Part shown: piece by piece, positions 36,243-44,166 of the stretch
Layout: every line of letters begins with the position of its first letter
How positions within the stretch are numbered: the stretch's first letter is position 1
From: a virus
Taxonomy: Duplodnaviria; Caudoviricetes
Direction: 5' to 3' (one strand)
DNA: 44,166 nucleotides
IMG/VR virus record: IMGVR_UViG_3300042310_000613
Span: 1-44,166 of that record
Made by a program: the position numbers and the translations under genes
The notes under the pieces: generated by a model
What the model saw: only the letters and a program-made list of their open reading frames with translations
What the model was told of the DNA's origin: nothing
Databases searched by the model: none

Positions 36243-37292
36243 ATGAAAGACGCAATAATAATCATAGATGTATTTTTAAATTCGCAATCAAAAATAAATA
36301 TTTTTGAAAATCTTTTGAAAACAATTAAAAAATTAAATATACCTATTTTAGTTATATCTAATTTTGAAGCGCCTCAAAGAATTTTAAACGAAATAGATTA
36401 TTTTATTTTCTCAAAAGAAAATCTTTTATTTAGCGAAAACTCTTTTGATAATTATCCCGGCGCACATTTTTATATGGAAATCGATGGTATGAGATATGAA
36501 AACCATACTTATTGTAGCCAAAAACACGGTCTTTCTGTGTTGTGCAATTTAACCAAAACCTATAGATTTGCACAAGAAATTGGATTCAAAAAAGCAATAA
36601 AAATAGAATGGGATTTCAATATATCTGAAACAGACATAATTAATTTAAAATCGACAATAGATGATTTTATAATTAACGATAAAAGAGCTTTTTTCACCCT
36701 GAATCCCAGCAACGCATTTGGGCTTCCAGATTTAGAAGGGCATTTTTGGATGGTAGACCTAAAATTTTGGAATAATAATTTTCCTAAAATTCATAATGCA
36801 TCTGATTATGGAGATTTTTTATTACAAGTAAACGGCAACAATAAATTTTTTGAAATTGTTGAGCGAGTTATATATCTTTCAGTAGGAGCTAAATTAAATG
36901 ACAATGAAACTATAACTAACAAATACTTTCATGATTCAATATTTAGTTCGTCCACTATAAATACAATTATTAGTGATAATAATTTTTCATTACCATCAAG
37001 CGATGGTGTATGTAGAGGATTAACAAGAATAAAAAGAAACGGAGAACTAACCGGAGAGTTAGTGTTATTCACTTGGAACAGAAGCTCCGATTTAATTGAC
37101 AATAAATCATATATTGTAAAGTTTAACAATAAAATTATAAATTACAACCACTCCGTGGAACCAAAATGTTGGGCATACAGTAATATACCTTTCGATACAC
37201 ACCAATTCCCTCTTTCTTTAGAAATAGAAAACTTTTTTTATAAAGAGTACAATTCATTATATGAACTTTCGTGTGATTTGATTTTTTATTAA
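36243..37292 (+). CDS. Hypothetical protein, paralog 1 (possible GT-A-like fold)
   Basis: Shares QKHGLSVL, IEWDF, HFWMVD, CRGL and LFTWNR with the next ORF. Confidence 0.7.
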   Translation: MKDAIIIIDVFLNSQSKINIFENLLKTIKKLNIPILVISNFEAPQRILNEIDYFIFSKENLLFSENSFDNYPGAHFYMEIDGMRYENHTYCSQKHGLSVLCNLTKTYRFAQEIGFKKAIKIEWDFNISETDIINLKSTIDDFIINDKRAFFTLNPSNAFGLPDLEGHFWMVDLKFWNNNFPKIHNASDYGDFLLQVNGNNKFFEIVERVIYLSVGAKLNDNETITNKYFHDSIFSSSTINTIISDNNFSLPSSDGVCRGLTRIKRNGELTGELVLFTWNRSSDLIDNKSYIVKFNNKIINYNHSVEPKCWAYSNIPFDTHQFPLSLEIENFFYKEYNSLYELSCDLIFY

Positions 37293-37294
37293 AA

Positions 37295-38347
37295 ATGAAA
37301 AACGATAAAACTGGGATAATTATTTTTGATATTTTCTTAAATTCTTCTTCAAGAATTGAAGTTTTTAAACAAACTTTGAAATCGGCTAAAAAATTAGGAT
37401 TACCTATAATGGTGATTTCAAATTTTAAGATGCCAGATTACTTGGTTGATCAATTCGACTATTTTATATATTCAAAAGATAATATATTATTTACTAATTC
37501 TTATGATAAGTATCCATCAGTTCAATTTTTTATGGATCATCCTTATGTAAGATACGAAAATAATACCAAATGTTATCAAAAACATGGTTTATCTGTACTA
37601 TCTAATTTAAAAACTACTACAATATTTGCTCAGAACTTAGGATTTAAAAAATTCATAAGAATAGAATGGGATTTCATTATATCTGATGATGATATTCATT
37701 TAATGAATGAAAAAATAAACGATTTCATAAAAAACGATAAAAGAGGGTATTTTATCTTTAATCCAACTAATGCTGCTGGATTGCCTAACATAGCTTATCA
37801 TTTTTGGATGGTTGATATAAAATTTTGGAATGAAAATTTTCCAGATTTATATAATGAAAAGCAATACAAAAATTATATTTCGTGCAAAAATAAAGAAAAT
37901 TTTTTTGAAATAGCTGAAAGAATTTTATTTTTATCTTTTGAAGGTAAACTAACTAATGATGAATTTATTTTAGAAGATGATTTTATGAATTTGTTTAAAA
38001 AATCAAAAATAAATCATGTTATAAATGATATAAATTTTGATCTTCCTTCTGATAATGGATGTTGCAGAGGTTTAGCGAAAGTCGTCAGAAACGGAAACGA
38101 AACTGGAGAATTAGCCTTGTTTACTTGGAATAGAAATAAAGACGAAGTGGACGATACTTTTTATGAAATGAGATTTTGCAATTCTATTTTTAATACTAAT
38201 CATTCGGTTAATTTTAATAGTTGGGTTTATTCAATTGTTGATAATTTTGATAAATCTCAATTTCCTGTTTTATTGAAAGTGAACAAATCTTTTGAAAAAA
38301 TATATCATTCAACAAGTGAAATAAATTCTCTTTTAGAGATAAAGTGA
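37295..38347 (+). CDS. Hypothetical protein, paralog 2
   Basis: Collinear with the previous ORF over its whole length. Confidence 0.7.
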   Translation: MKNDKTGIIIFDIFLNSSSRIEVFKQTLKSAKKLGLPIMVISNFKMPDYLVDQFDYFIYSKDNILFTNSYDKYPSVQFFMDHPYVRYENNTKCYQKHGLSVLSNLKTTTIFAQNLGFKKFIRIEWDFIISDDDIHLMNEKINDFIKNDKRGYFIFNPTNAAGLPNIAYHFWMVDIKFWNENFPDLYNEKQYKNYISCKNKENFFEIAERILFLSFEGKLTNDEFILEDDFMNLFKKSKINHVINDINFDLPSDNGCCRGLAKVVRNGNETGELALFTWNRNKDEVDDTFYEMRFCNSIFNTNHSVNFNSWVYSIVDNFDKSQFPVLLKVNKSFEKIYHSTSEINSLLEIK

Positions 38348-38357
38348 TAAATTTATT

Positions 38358-39017
38358 ATGAGTTATTTATCCACAAATATACCAACTCAACTAGGGTACT
38401 TAGATACTTCTTTTCTTAATGACAGTGCGCCCAGAACAAGTGGAAAATTTATTCCTGTAGAAATTTTTTCAATTGTATCTATTCCTCGACGTTGTTTGAT
38501 GTTTAATGTCATGAGTGAATACGGCGCACAATTTGCAAGAGTTCCTATTCATTATCTTTCTAATAGTGAACAACCGATTACCAAATATGACTTAGATTGG
38601 TTGCAGCTATGGGATAGTTTTAGTTATTATTTTACAATCCAAAGATTTGAATATTTAAAAAATGGTAGTGCATATATTTATCTTAAAGATAAGAAAATGC
38701 ACGTTGGAAAATATCTATTCACAATTGATTGGTGCAATGGTGAAGATTATAATCTAGGTTATTCTGAAATATCCGCTGGACATAAATGCGCTCATATTTT
38801 TTGGGGCGAAGGTGGACAAATGTTTGCTCAACCAAATAATAGAATAGTTTTTAGAGACAGTGGCGCGTGGATATCAAATAAACTTCCATCTGAATCAAAA
38901 ACTTGGAAACCGTTTTCTAAAGAATTTTCCTGTGAAGGTCTAGCTCACAAGTGGACCGCAGGTGACGCTGAATTAATGTATTATGAGTTTCAATCCCAAC
39001 AATCCGAGACTAAGTAA
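38358..39017 (+). CDS. Hypothetical phage protein
   Basis: GAQFARVP, LQLWD.FSY, YLFTIDW, HKCAH, AQPNNR. Confidence 0.7.
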   Translation: MSYLSTNIPTQLGYLDTSFLNDSAPRTSGKFIPVEIFSIVSIPRRCLMFNVMSEYGAQFARVPIHYLSNSEQPITKYDLDWLQLWDSFSYYFTIQRFEYLKNGSAYIYLKDKKMHVGKYLFTIDWCNGEDYNLGYSEISAGHKCAHIFWGEGGQMFAQPNNRIVFRDSGAWISNKLPSESKTWKPFSKEFSCEGLAHKWTAGDAELMYYEFQSQQSETK

Positions 39018-39501
39018 ACCTGAGTATGGTTGTTATCTTGCCTTATCCGCAAGATCGCGCTCAGAAGATCCTCACACTCAAGTAGGCGTTGCCTTATTTG
39101 ACGAAGAATGGAGAACTGTATCCACTGGCTTTAACGGCTTTGGCCCCGGTTTCATACCTAAAGAAAATATCTTCAAAGATCGTGAAACAAAGTCTTGTTT
39201 AATTAATCATGCTGAAATAAATGCTATTTTATATTCATCTCGTCAAGCGCATTATGCTTGCATGGTTTACAGTCCATGTGTTCATTGCGCCAAAACAATT
39301 GCTGCTTCGAAAATTAAAAGCGTATATTTTATTCAACAATATGTAAAAGGTTCAGATCAACAACCCGATTTAAAGTATGAAGAAATCTTTAAATTCTATG
39401 GAATAAACAGCATTCAATTGAATAATAAGAGTATCGGAAAAATCTTGCACTGGATAAAAAAAGATCAAGATTTTTTAGAATCTCTATATGTCAAACCATA
39501 A
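38983..39501 (+). CDS. dCMP deaminase family
   Basis: RSEDPHTQVG, TGFNG, HAEINA, SPCVHCAK. Confidence 0.9.
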   Translation: MSFNPNNPRLSKPEYGCYLALSARSRSEDPHTQVGVALFDEEWRTVSTGFNGFGPGFIPKENIFKDRETKSCLINHAEINAILYSSRQAHYACMVYSPCVHCAKTIAASKIKSVYFIQQYVKGSDQQPDLKYEEIFKFYGINSIQLNNKSIGKILHWIKKDQDFLESLYVKP

Positions 39502-39676
39502 AAAAATGATTGAAGACTCCGCTGCATTTTTTAATAAAGAAGTTGATAAGGTTATTTTAAAAGTCACGACGGCTAAAACAGAAAAAACCAGATCAAAATA
39601 TTTAAAACAATTGATGGCATTAAAAAATAGATTGCGCCTTGAAGTGAAAATGATTGATGAACTTGGAAATTTCTAA
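39488..39676 (+). CDS. Hypothetical protein
   Basis: 62-aa ORF overlapping the upstream stop. Confidence 0.6.
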   Translation: MSNHKKMIEDSAAFFNKEVDKVILKVTTAKTEKTRSKYLKQLMALKNRLRLEVKMIDELGNF

Positions 39677-39685
39677 AAACACTCC

Positions 39686-39713
39686 TTGACACGCTGAAAA
39701 AACATGATAAATT
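39686..39713 (+). promoter_or_regulatory. Sigma70-like promoter
   Basis: TTGACA-N16-TAAATT with TGn. Confidence 0.65.
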
Positions 39714-39814
39714 GATCTCGCGTAAATAATTGCGAATATGAAAATTAAAATTAATGCTATTATTATTGATAATATTCACTTCGTTCGTTTTATTTATACA
39801 ACACAATAAAAAAT

Positions 39815-40141
39815 ATGAGTAATACTACAGATAAGCAATCAGACTGGAAGAATCGTGAAGTTGGCGCACTTTGGAAGAAGGCTGCTGCCAATGGCAAGAG
39901 TTCATACTGCACTGGTTATATTGTTTCCGACGAACTTGGAAACAAGGTTAAGCAACGTGTAATCATGTTCTCTAACAAGACAAAGAGCAATGAGAAGTCT
40001 CCAGACTTTATTATTTATTTGTCTAATGAGCAAGAGAACGGTGAAGCCGCTCCTGCGCCAAAGGCTAAGGCTTCTGCTCCTCCGAAGCGAACGCCTCAAC
40101 CAGCAAGCATTGATGCTGATGACGATGGCGTTCCTATGTAA
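39815..40141 (+). CDS. DUF736-like protein with SSB-like acidic tail
   Basis: EVGALWKK...SY.TG...N.TK..EKSPDF and tail DADDDGVPM; has its own promoter and terminator. Confidence 0.6.
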   Translation: MSNTTDKQSDWKNREVGALWKKAAANGKSSYCTGYIVSDELGNKVKQRVIMFSNKTKSNEKSPDFIIYLSNEQENGEAAPAPKAKASAPPKRTPQPASIDADDDGVPM

Positions 40142-40149
40142 GTAAGCGA

Positions 40150-40175
40150 AGCCCCCAGAAATGGGGGCTATTTTT
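40150..40175 (+). terminator. Intrinsic terminator
   Basis: AGCCCCCA-gaaa-TGGGGGCT-ATTTTT. Confidence 0.85.
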
Positions 40176-40652
40176 ATGCCTTTAGTAGAAGACTACAAAC
40201 TGTTTCATAACTCTTTAGATTTTGAAAAAATCTATAAAGAGTCTTTAATATCTTTACAAAAAATTTATCCTGATATCGAAGAATTCTATCGCAAATATAC
40301 TGATATTTGCATTCGCAATAAAACCATAAAACTTCTATATAACGAAAAAGAAATTATTGGGTATGTTTTATTTTCTATTAAAGATAAAACCCTTAAGTTT
40401 CATTTTTATTATATAACTGCTAAAAATAAAAACAGAAAACATGGGCGTTTTTTTCGACAACAAATTTTTGAACAGTTAAAAGATAAAGTAGATATTTTGC
40501 AAACAAGTATTAATAAAACAAATTTTCCAGCATTAAACGCTGCAAAAAAAAGCTGTAAACATTTAAATTTAAATTTTAATTTAAAAGAAATAAATAATCC
40601 TTTTTACGTTTGCAATCAGTTTGTTTGCGAAATTCAAAAAAAAATCTCTTGA
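40176..40652 (+). CDS. GNAT-like acetyltransferase (tentative)
   Basis: IIGYVLF, YITAKNKNRKHG (motif A-like), N.PA. Start moved to ATG 40176 because ATG 40161 lies inside the terminator. Confidence 0.45.
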   Translation: MPLVEDYKLFHNSLDFEKIYKESLISLQKIYPDIEEFYRKYTDICIRNKTIKLLYNEKEIIGYVLFSIKDKTLKFHFYYITAKNKNRKHGRFFRQQIFEQLKDKVDILQTSINKTNFPALNAAKKSCKHLNLNFNLKEINNPFYVCNQFVCEIQKKIS

Positions 40653-40677
40653 CGGTTCTACAAACGTCGTTTAAGGT
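40649..40677 (+). promoter_or_regulatory. Sigma70-like promoter
   Basis: TTGACG-N17-TAAGGT; ATG 7 nt after the -10. Confidence 0.6.
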
Positions 40678-40684
40678 ATCCAAG

Positions 40685-41629
40685 ATGAAATACGGACTCG
40701 TTTGCATTTCGGAACTTTTGCGGGATAAAAATCCCGAATTGGCGTTCAAGACTATGACTCGCACTCAATTCCTTAAAAAGAATCGTGACGAATCTATCGC
40801 TGAACTTTCTCGCCGCATCTCCCATAATCTTACAGTTACGCTTGAGACTATCAAGCACTGCAAAGAAGTTGGTATTAAACATTATCGTTTGTCTTGTAAG
40901 TTGTTTCCTCTTGTCACCGATCCTACCCTGAAGATCCAAGTAGAATTACTTCCATATTGGAACGTCCTCGAACAAAAGTTGATTGAAATTAGCCGCGCTA
41001 TCCGAGAAACAAATGTTAGCATATCAATTCATCCTGATCAGTTTGTAGTTCTCGGATCTGAATCTGACGATGTTTGCAGCAAATCTGTAAATGAACTTAA
41101 TTTTCATGCTTGGGTGCTAGATCAATTGAAGCTTCCACAAAGTCATGTATGCCCAATTAATATTCATCCAAATCTTTCTAACTTTGAATCTCCTGAGAAA
41201 TTCGTGATGAAGTTTATGCGTAACTTTTTTAGTTGCGACATGGGTGTTCGCAATCGTTTGGTTCTTGAGAACGAAGATAAAGGATTTTGGAATTGCAGTA
41301 ATCTATACGAATACTTTCATACTTATATGCGACAATCGTACAATTTTCATATTCCTTTGACTTATGATAATTTGCACGATACTGCAAATCCAAGTGTTCT
41401 TCCTAATGGCACTGTAGTTCCATTTGAGAGAAACTTTATGAAGTTTTTTCAAACTTGGGATGTGCAACCTGTATTTCATTGGTCAGAAGCTGAAGCTGGT
41501 ACAAAAAGAAATCATGCTAAGAACTTAACTACCGCTCCTCCTGATATGGGTCTCGATGTTACTTGGGAGATTGAAGTAAAAGGAAAAGACAAAGCTTTCA
41601 TTCATCTAATCAAGCGAATTGCTAATTGA
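40685..41629 (+). CDS. uvsE: UV DNA damage endonuclease (UvdE/UvsE)
   Basis: GLVC, YRLS..LFP, HPDQFVVL, INIH, RLVLENED, YDNLH, HWSE, IEVKGKD; start at ATG 40685. Confidence 0.92.
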   Translation: MKYGLVCISELLRDKNPELAFKTMTRTQFLKKNRDESIAELSRRISHNLTVTLETIKHCKEVGIKHYRLSCKLFPLVTDPTLKIQVELLPYWNVLEQKLIEISRAIRETNVSISIHPDQFVVLGSESDDVCSKSVNELNFHAWVLDQLKLPQSHVCPINIHPNLSNFESPEKFVMKFMRNFFSCDMGVRNRLVLENEDKGFWNCSNLYEYFHTYMRQSYNFHIPLTYDNLHDTANPSVLPNGTVVPFERNFMKFFQTWDVQPVFHWSEAEAGTKRNHAKNLTTAPPDMGLDVTWEIEVKGKDKAFIHLIKRIAN

Positions 41630-41659
41630 AAAGTTACTAAGTCAATATATTATTAATAC

Positions 41660-41833
41660 ATGAAGCTAGTAACAATTAAGATCGGGGATGAAGATATTAA
41701 AGACTTGAAAGAAATTTTCAAGAATGAGTCTGATTTCAAGCCTCAAGTTCGACAAGATATGTTGATCGTTGAAATTCTTCGCCAAGTTCTTAATAATCCT
41801 AAGACCGAGATTGTAGAAGAAATCAATCTATGA
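41660..41833 (+). CDS. 57-aa hypothetical protein (possible ribbon-helix-helix)
   Basis: MKLVTIKIGDEDIKDLKEIF...EILRQVL...*; ATGA overlap with the next ORF. Confidence 0.6.
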   Translation: MKLVTIKIGDEDIKDLKEIFKNESDFKPQVRQDMLIVEILRQVLNNPKTEIVEEINL

Positions 41834-42147
41834 AGTTTATTCTTAATGTAGAAGGTACAAATAATGGTGGCAAATTCTTGGAAAGTTATGCTGGACAAGA
41901 AGTAAATATCGATTCTTTATATAAAGATATTGATGTTAATTCGCCTCCGCTTGCTACATTGAGAACTTCAGATAATAAACAACACAGCATTCAATTAATA
42001 GATATCAGATTCATTAATGAGTTTATTTTTATTAATTGTTTTGTTATTCAGCATGACGATAAACATGGCGGCAAAGCTTTGCTAAGACTAAAGCCAGTTT
42101 CTGACTTAGCTGAAATAATTAGTCCTTCAACAAATACGCGAGTATAG
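41830..42147 (+). CDS. Hypothetical protein
   Basis: 105-aa ORF whose stop lies inside the tRNA-Gly gene. Confidence 0.65.
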   Translation: MKFILNVEGTNNGGKFLESYAGQEVNIDSLYKDIDVNSPPLATLRTSDNKQHSIQLIDIRFINEFIFINCFVIQHDDKHGGKALLRLKPVSDLAEIISPSTNTRV

Positions 42148-42211
42148 CTTAGTGGTAAAGTTCCAGTTTTCCAAACTGGCAATGGGGGTTCGATTCCCCC
42201 TACTCGCTCCA
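42138..42211 (+). tRNA. tRNA-Gly, anticodon TCC
   Basis: Acceptor GCGAGTA/TACTCGC plus TCCA, anticodon arm CCAGT-TTTCCAA-ACTGG, T arm GGGGG-TTCGATT-CCCCC. Confidence 0.93.
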
Positions 42212-42216
42212 CTTTT

Positions 42217-42501
42217 ATGACTCATAAATTTGCCGTAGTTATAGAGAAAAAATCATACTATAAACTTCAACAAGAAGATGATTTCTATTTGCGAGTTATG
42301 ATACTAGATATAATAAGAGTATTGTCAGATAAAAAAGAATCTTTAGAAAAATACAAAGACGATTTGTTTTATAAATGCGCTAAAAGTATCGCTAATGAAG
42401 TAAGAATGTTCGAAGATGAAAATTCAGTTATTTTTTACGCTGAATTGAGTAATGGATACCTTGAAAATTTTTTCGAAGAACCTCTTGACGATTTGGAATA
42501 A
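42217..42501 (+). CDS. Hypothetical protein
   Basis: 94-aa ORF. Confidence 0.6.
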   Translation: MTHKFAVVIEKKSYYKLQQEDDFYLRVMILDIIRVLSDKKESLEKYKDDLFYKCAKSIANEVRMFEDENSVIFYAELSNGYLENFFEEPLDDLE

Positions 42502-42512
42502 CCTGCCATAAT
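42485..42512 (+). promoter_or_regulatory. Sigma70-like promoter
   Basis: TTGACG-N16-CATAAT with TGn; ATG 8 nt after the -10. Confidence 0.7.
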
Positions 42513-42520
42513 CACCCTGC

Positions 42521-44166
42521 ATGAAGATACTTGTTGCTGATAGGATCGTTGCTACTTCGCACGATTTCCCCACCGTAAACTGCACGATTGACGCTGAAGA
42601 TATGAGGTACATCTCATCTCTTTTGAGAAACAATTACTCAAATACTATTCTTGCCACCATTCGCGAACCTTACGCTAATGCTGTCGATGCCAATAAAGAA
42701 GCTGGATTGTCTCCAGAGTCTATTGAAATCAAATCACCAACCTTTCTTGATCAAACTTTTTCAATTAGGGATTATGGCAACGGTTTGAGTCGTGACCAAA
42801 TTTTTAATTTGTATAGCAAGTTTGGTAAGTCTACGAAGCGAGATTCTAATACAAAGTTAGGCGCGTTTGGCATTGGTAAATTCGCTCCGCTCTCTTACAA
42901 AGATAGTTTTACTGTTACTTCTTATCACAATTGTCTTAAAACCATCTATAGTATTTATATCTCAGAAGACAACGATACTAAGATCGATGAAATTTTTTCT
43001 GAAGTCACGTTAGAAGCAAATGGTATTTGCATTTCTGTAGGTGTTTCGAGCGGTGATATTAACAAGTTCAATCTGGAAATTGGTTCATTCTTTAGTAATT
43101 TTGAAGTTCTTCCTACGTTTCTTAATATTCAAAATCATATTATTAAGCCTGAGATTGTCGCTTCTGGTACTGATTGGCAGATTCGCAAATCTTTTAATGG
43201 TTATAATCTTTATTCAGTTGGCGAACAGGGTATTGTAATGGGCGGCATTTATTATCCTATCAATCCTGAACTTGTTGATTTCAAGAGTGACGATGATTAC
43301 GCATGGACTAAGTATCTTAATAAGCTTGTTTTTATTGCTGATATTGGATCTGTTTCGCTGCATCACTCACGCGAAACACTTGAGTACAACAAGACTACTA
43401 AAGCTTATTTGAAATCCCGTTATCAAGCTTTCTGCAAAGAATTCACTGACTCTATCAAGAACAAGATCGCGCAATTTGATTGTTTGCGTGATGCTATGTT
43501 TTACTATAAAGATATTAGCGAGACTTTTCCTCGAAACGCTTTTGACAAACTTCAAGACCAAGATGTTTTTGTTTTTAAGGGCCATAAAATTATTACTTGG
43601 AATTTTAATCGGGCTTCTTACGAAGAGAATAACAAAACTAATAGAATTCCTGTTTACGCCAAAACTTACAGCTTATCTGGTGATCGTGTAGCTATTTCCA
43701 AATGTTATACCATTGGTAATGATAAAGATACTTATATTGTATTTCACGATTTGCCAGACAATACGAAGGTCGTTCCTCGCGTTTACGAATTAGTTAAAAA
43801 ATATAAAAACGTAGTCGTTGTTGCTCACGATCAATCAATCATTAGTTCTGCTACTCTTAATGGTGTTGACAAGTTTAAAGAGGTTAATCGATTTGATCTT
43901 GTCAAGTCTGGTTACTGCAATCTTAGTGAATTGACTCCAGTAAAGCTTCCTTCTACTAAAAAAGGTTCTGCTAGTTCATATACTCCTAATTATTTTTATA
44001 AGGTTGAAGGTTCTGCTTTCCGCTGTTCAACTATTTTCGGTCAAGAAATTAACGATACTTCTATTACTAAGCTTTATTTTCCCATCTCTGATGGAAAGCC
44101 TATTAATCAGTATTCGCATTTTTATCAAGAAAAAAACAAACTTAATAGTTATTTTTTTAATGAAGT
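42521..44166 (+). CDS. rIIA: rIIA-like protein with N-terminal GHKL ATPase domain (runs off the window end)
   Basis: MKILVADR...YSNTILATIREPYANAVDA, IRDYGNGLS, FGKSTKRDSN, GAFGIGK, VMGGIYYP, HHSRETLEY. Absent from the ORF track, consistent with no stop before the window end. Confidence 0.85.
   Translation, partial: MKILVADRIVATSHDFPTVNCTIDAEDMRYISSLLRNNYSNTILATIREPYANAVDANKEAGLSPESIEIKSPTFLDQTFSIRDYGNGLSRDQIFNLYSKFGKSTKRDSNTKLGAFGIGKFAPLSYKDSFTVTSYHNCLKTIYSIYISEDNDTKIDEIFSEVTLEANGICISVGVSSGDINKFNLEIGSFFSNFEVLPTFLNIQNHIIKPEIVASGTDWQIRKSFNGYNLYSVGEQGIVMGGIYYPINPELVDFKSDDDYAWTKYLNKLVFIADIGSVSLHHSRETLEYNKTTKAYLKSRYQAFCKEFTDSIKNKIAQFDCLRDAMFYYKDISETFPRNAFDKLQDQDVFVFKGHKIITWNFNRASYEENNKTNRIPVYAKTYSLSGDRVAISKCYTIGNDKDTYIVFHDLPDNTKVVPRVYELVKKYKNVVVVAHDQSIISSATLNGVDKFKEVNRFDLVKSGYCNLSELTPVKLPSTKKGSASSYTPNYFYKVEGSAFRCSTIFGQEINDTSITKLYFPISDGKPINQYSHFYQEKNKLNSYFFNE

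Noticed and set aside
38983-39501. Deaminase acting as a TadA-like editor of the A34 tRNA
   Set aside because: Its motifs (RSEDP.TQVG, GFNG) match dCMP deaminases and fit with dUTPase and NrdJ in nucleotide supply; nothing links it to the tRNA.
436-43691. Minus-strand and nested short ORFs in the ORF track
   Set aside because: They lie opposite or inside well-supported + strand genes and show no recognisable motifs; they are treated as shadow ORFs.
1-44166. Bacterial chromosome or prophage origin
   Set aside because: No ribosomal, division-cluster, integrase or repressor genes were seen. Divergent RecA, DnaB and DnaE, rIIA, homing endonucleases and single-strand dense packing fit a large phage, although capsid and terminase genes are not in this window.

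Overview
A gene-dense, AT-rich 44 kb segment with every supported gene on the + strand. It is best read as part of a large (jumbo-type) tailed phage genome rather than a bacterial chromosome. In order it holds: an NDP-sugar cluster (two-subunit transketolase-like pair, epimerase, methyltransferase, RmlC, Gmd); a class II ribonucleotide reductase; a block of probable late/head-internal proteins; a replication module (RecA-like, DnaB, primase, Cas4/RecB-like nuclease, and a Pol III alpha/DnaE spread over separate ORFs); a ClpA/C ATPase near a tubulin/FtsZ-family gene; glycosyltransferases; dUTPase; three tRNAs; a membrane/lysis-like cluster with an outer-membrane beta-barrel; dCMP deaminase; UvdE; and a truncated rIIA-like gene. 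The standout is a fractured dnaE. Its catalytic core is encoded as two halves carrying a naturally split intein (IntN 93 aa, IntC 38 aa, junction YSFNK|SHS) with a free-standing Vsr/EDxHD-type endonuclease gene between them, while PHP and proofreading domains are separate ORFs. Other notable signals are a GTGTAA motif 14-16 nt upstream of eight start codons (candidate phage late promoter), sigma70-like promoters that imply leaderless mRNAs, a tRNA-Ser with the rare anticodon ACT, and several small ORFs missed by the ORF track. All calls come from reading motifs by eye; no database search was run.
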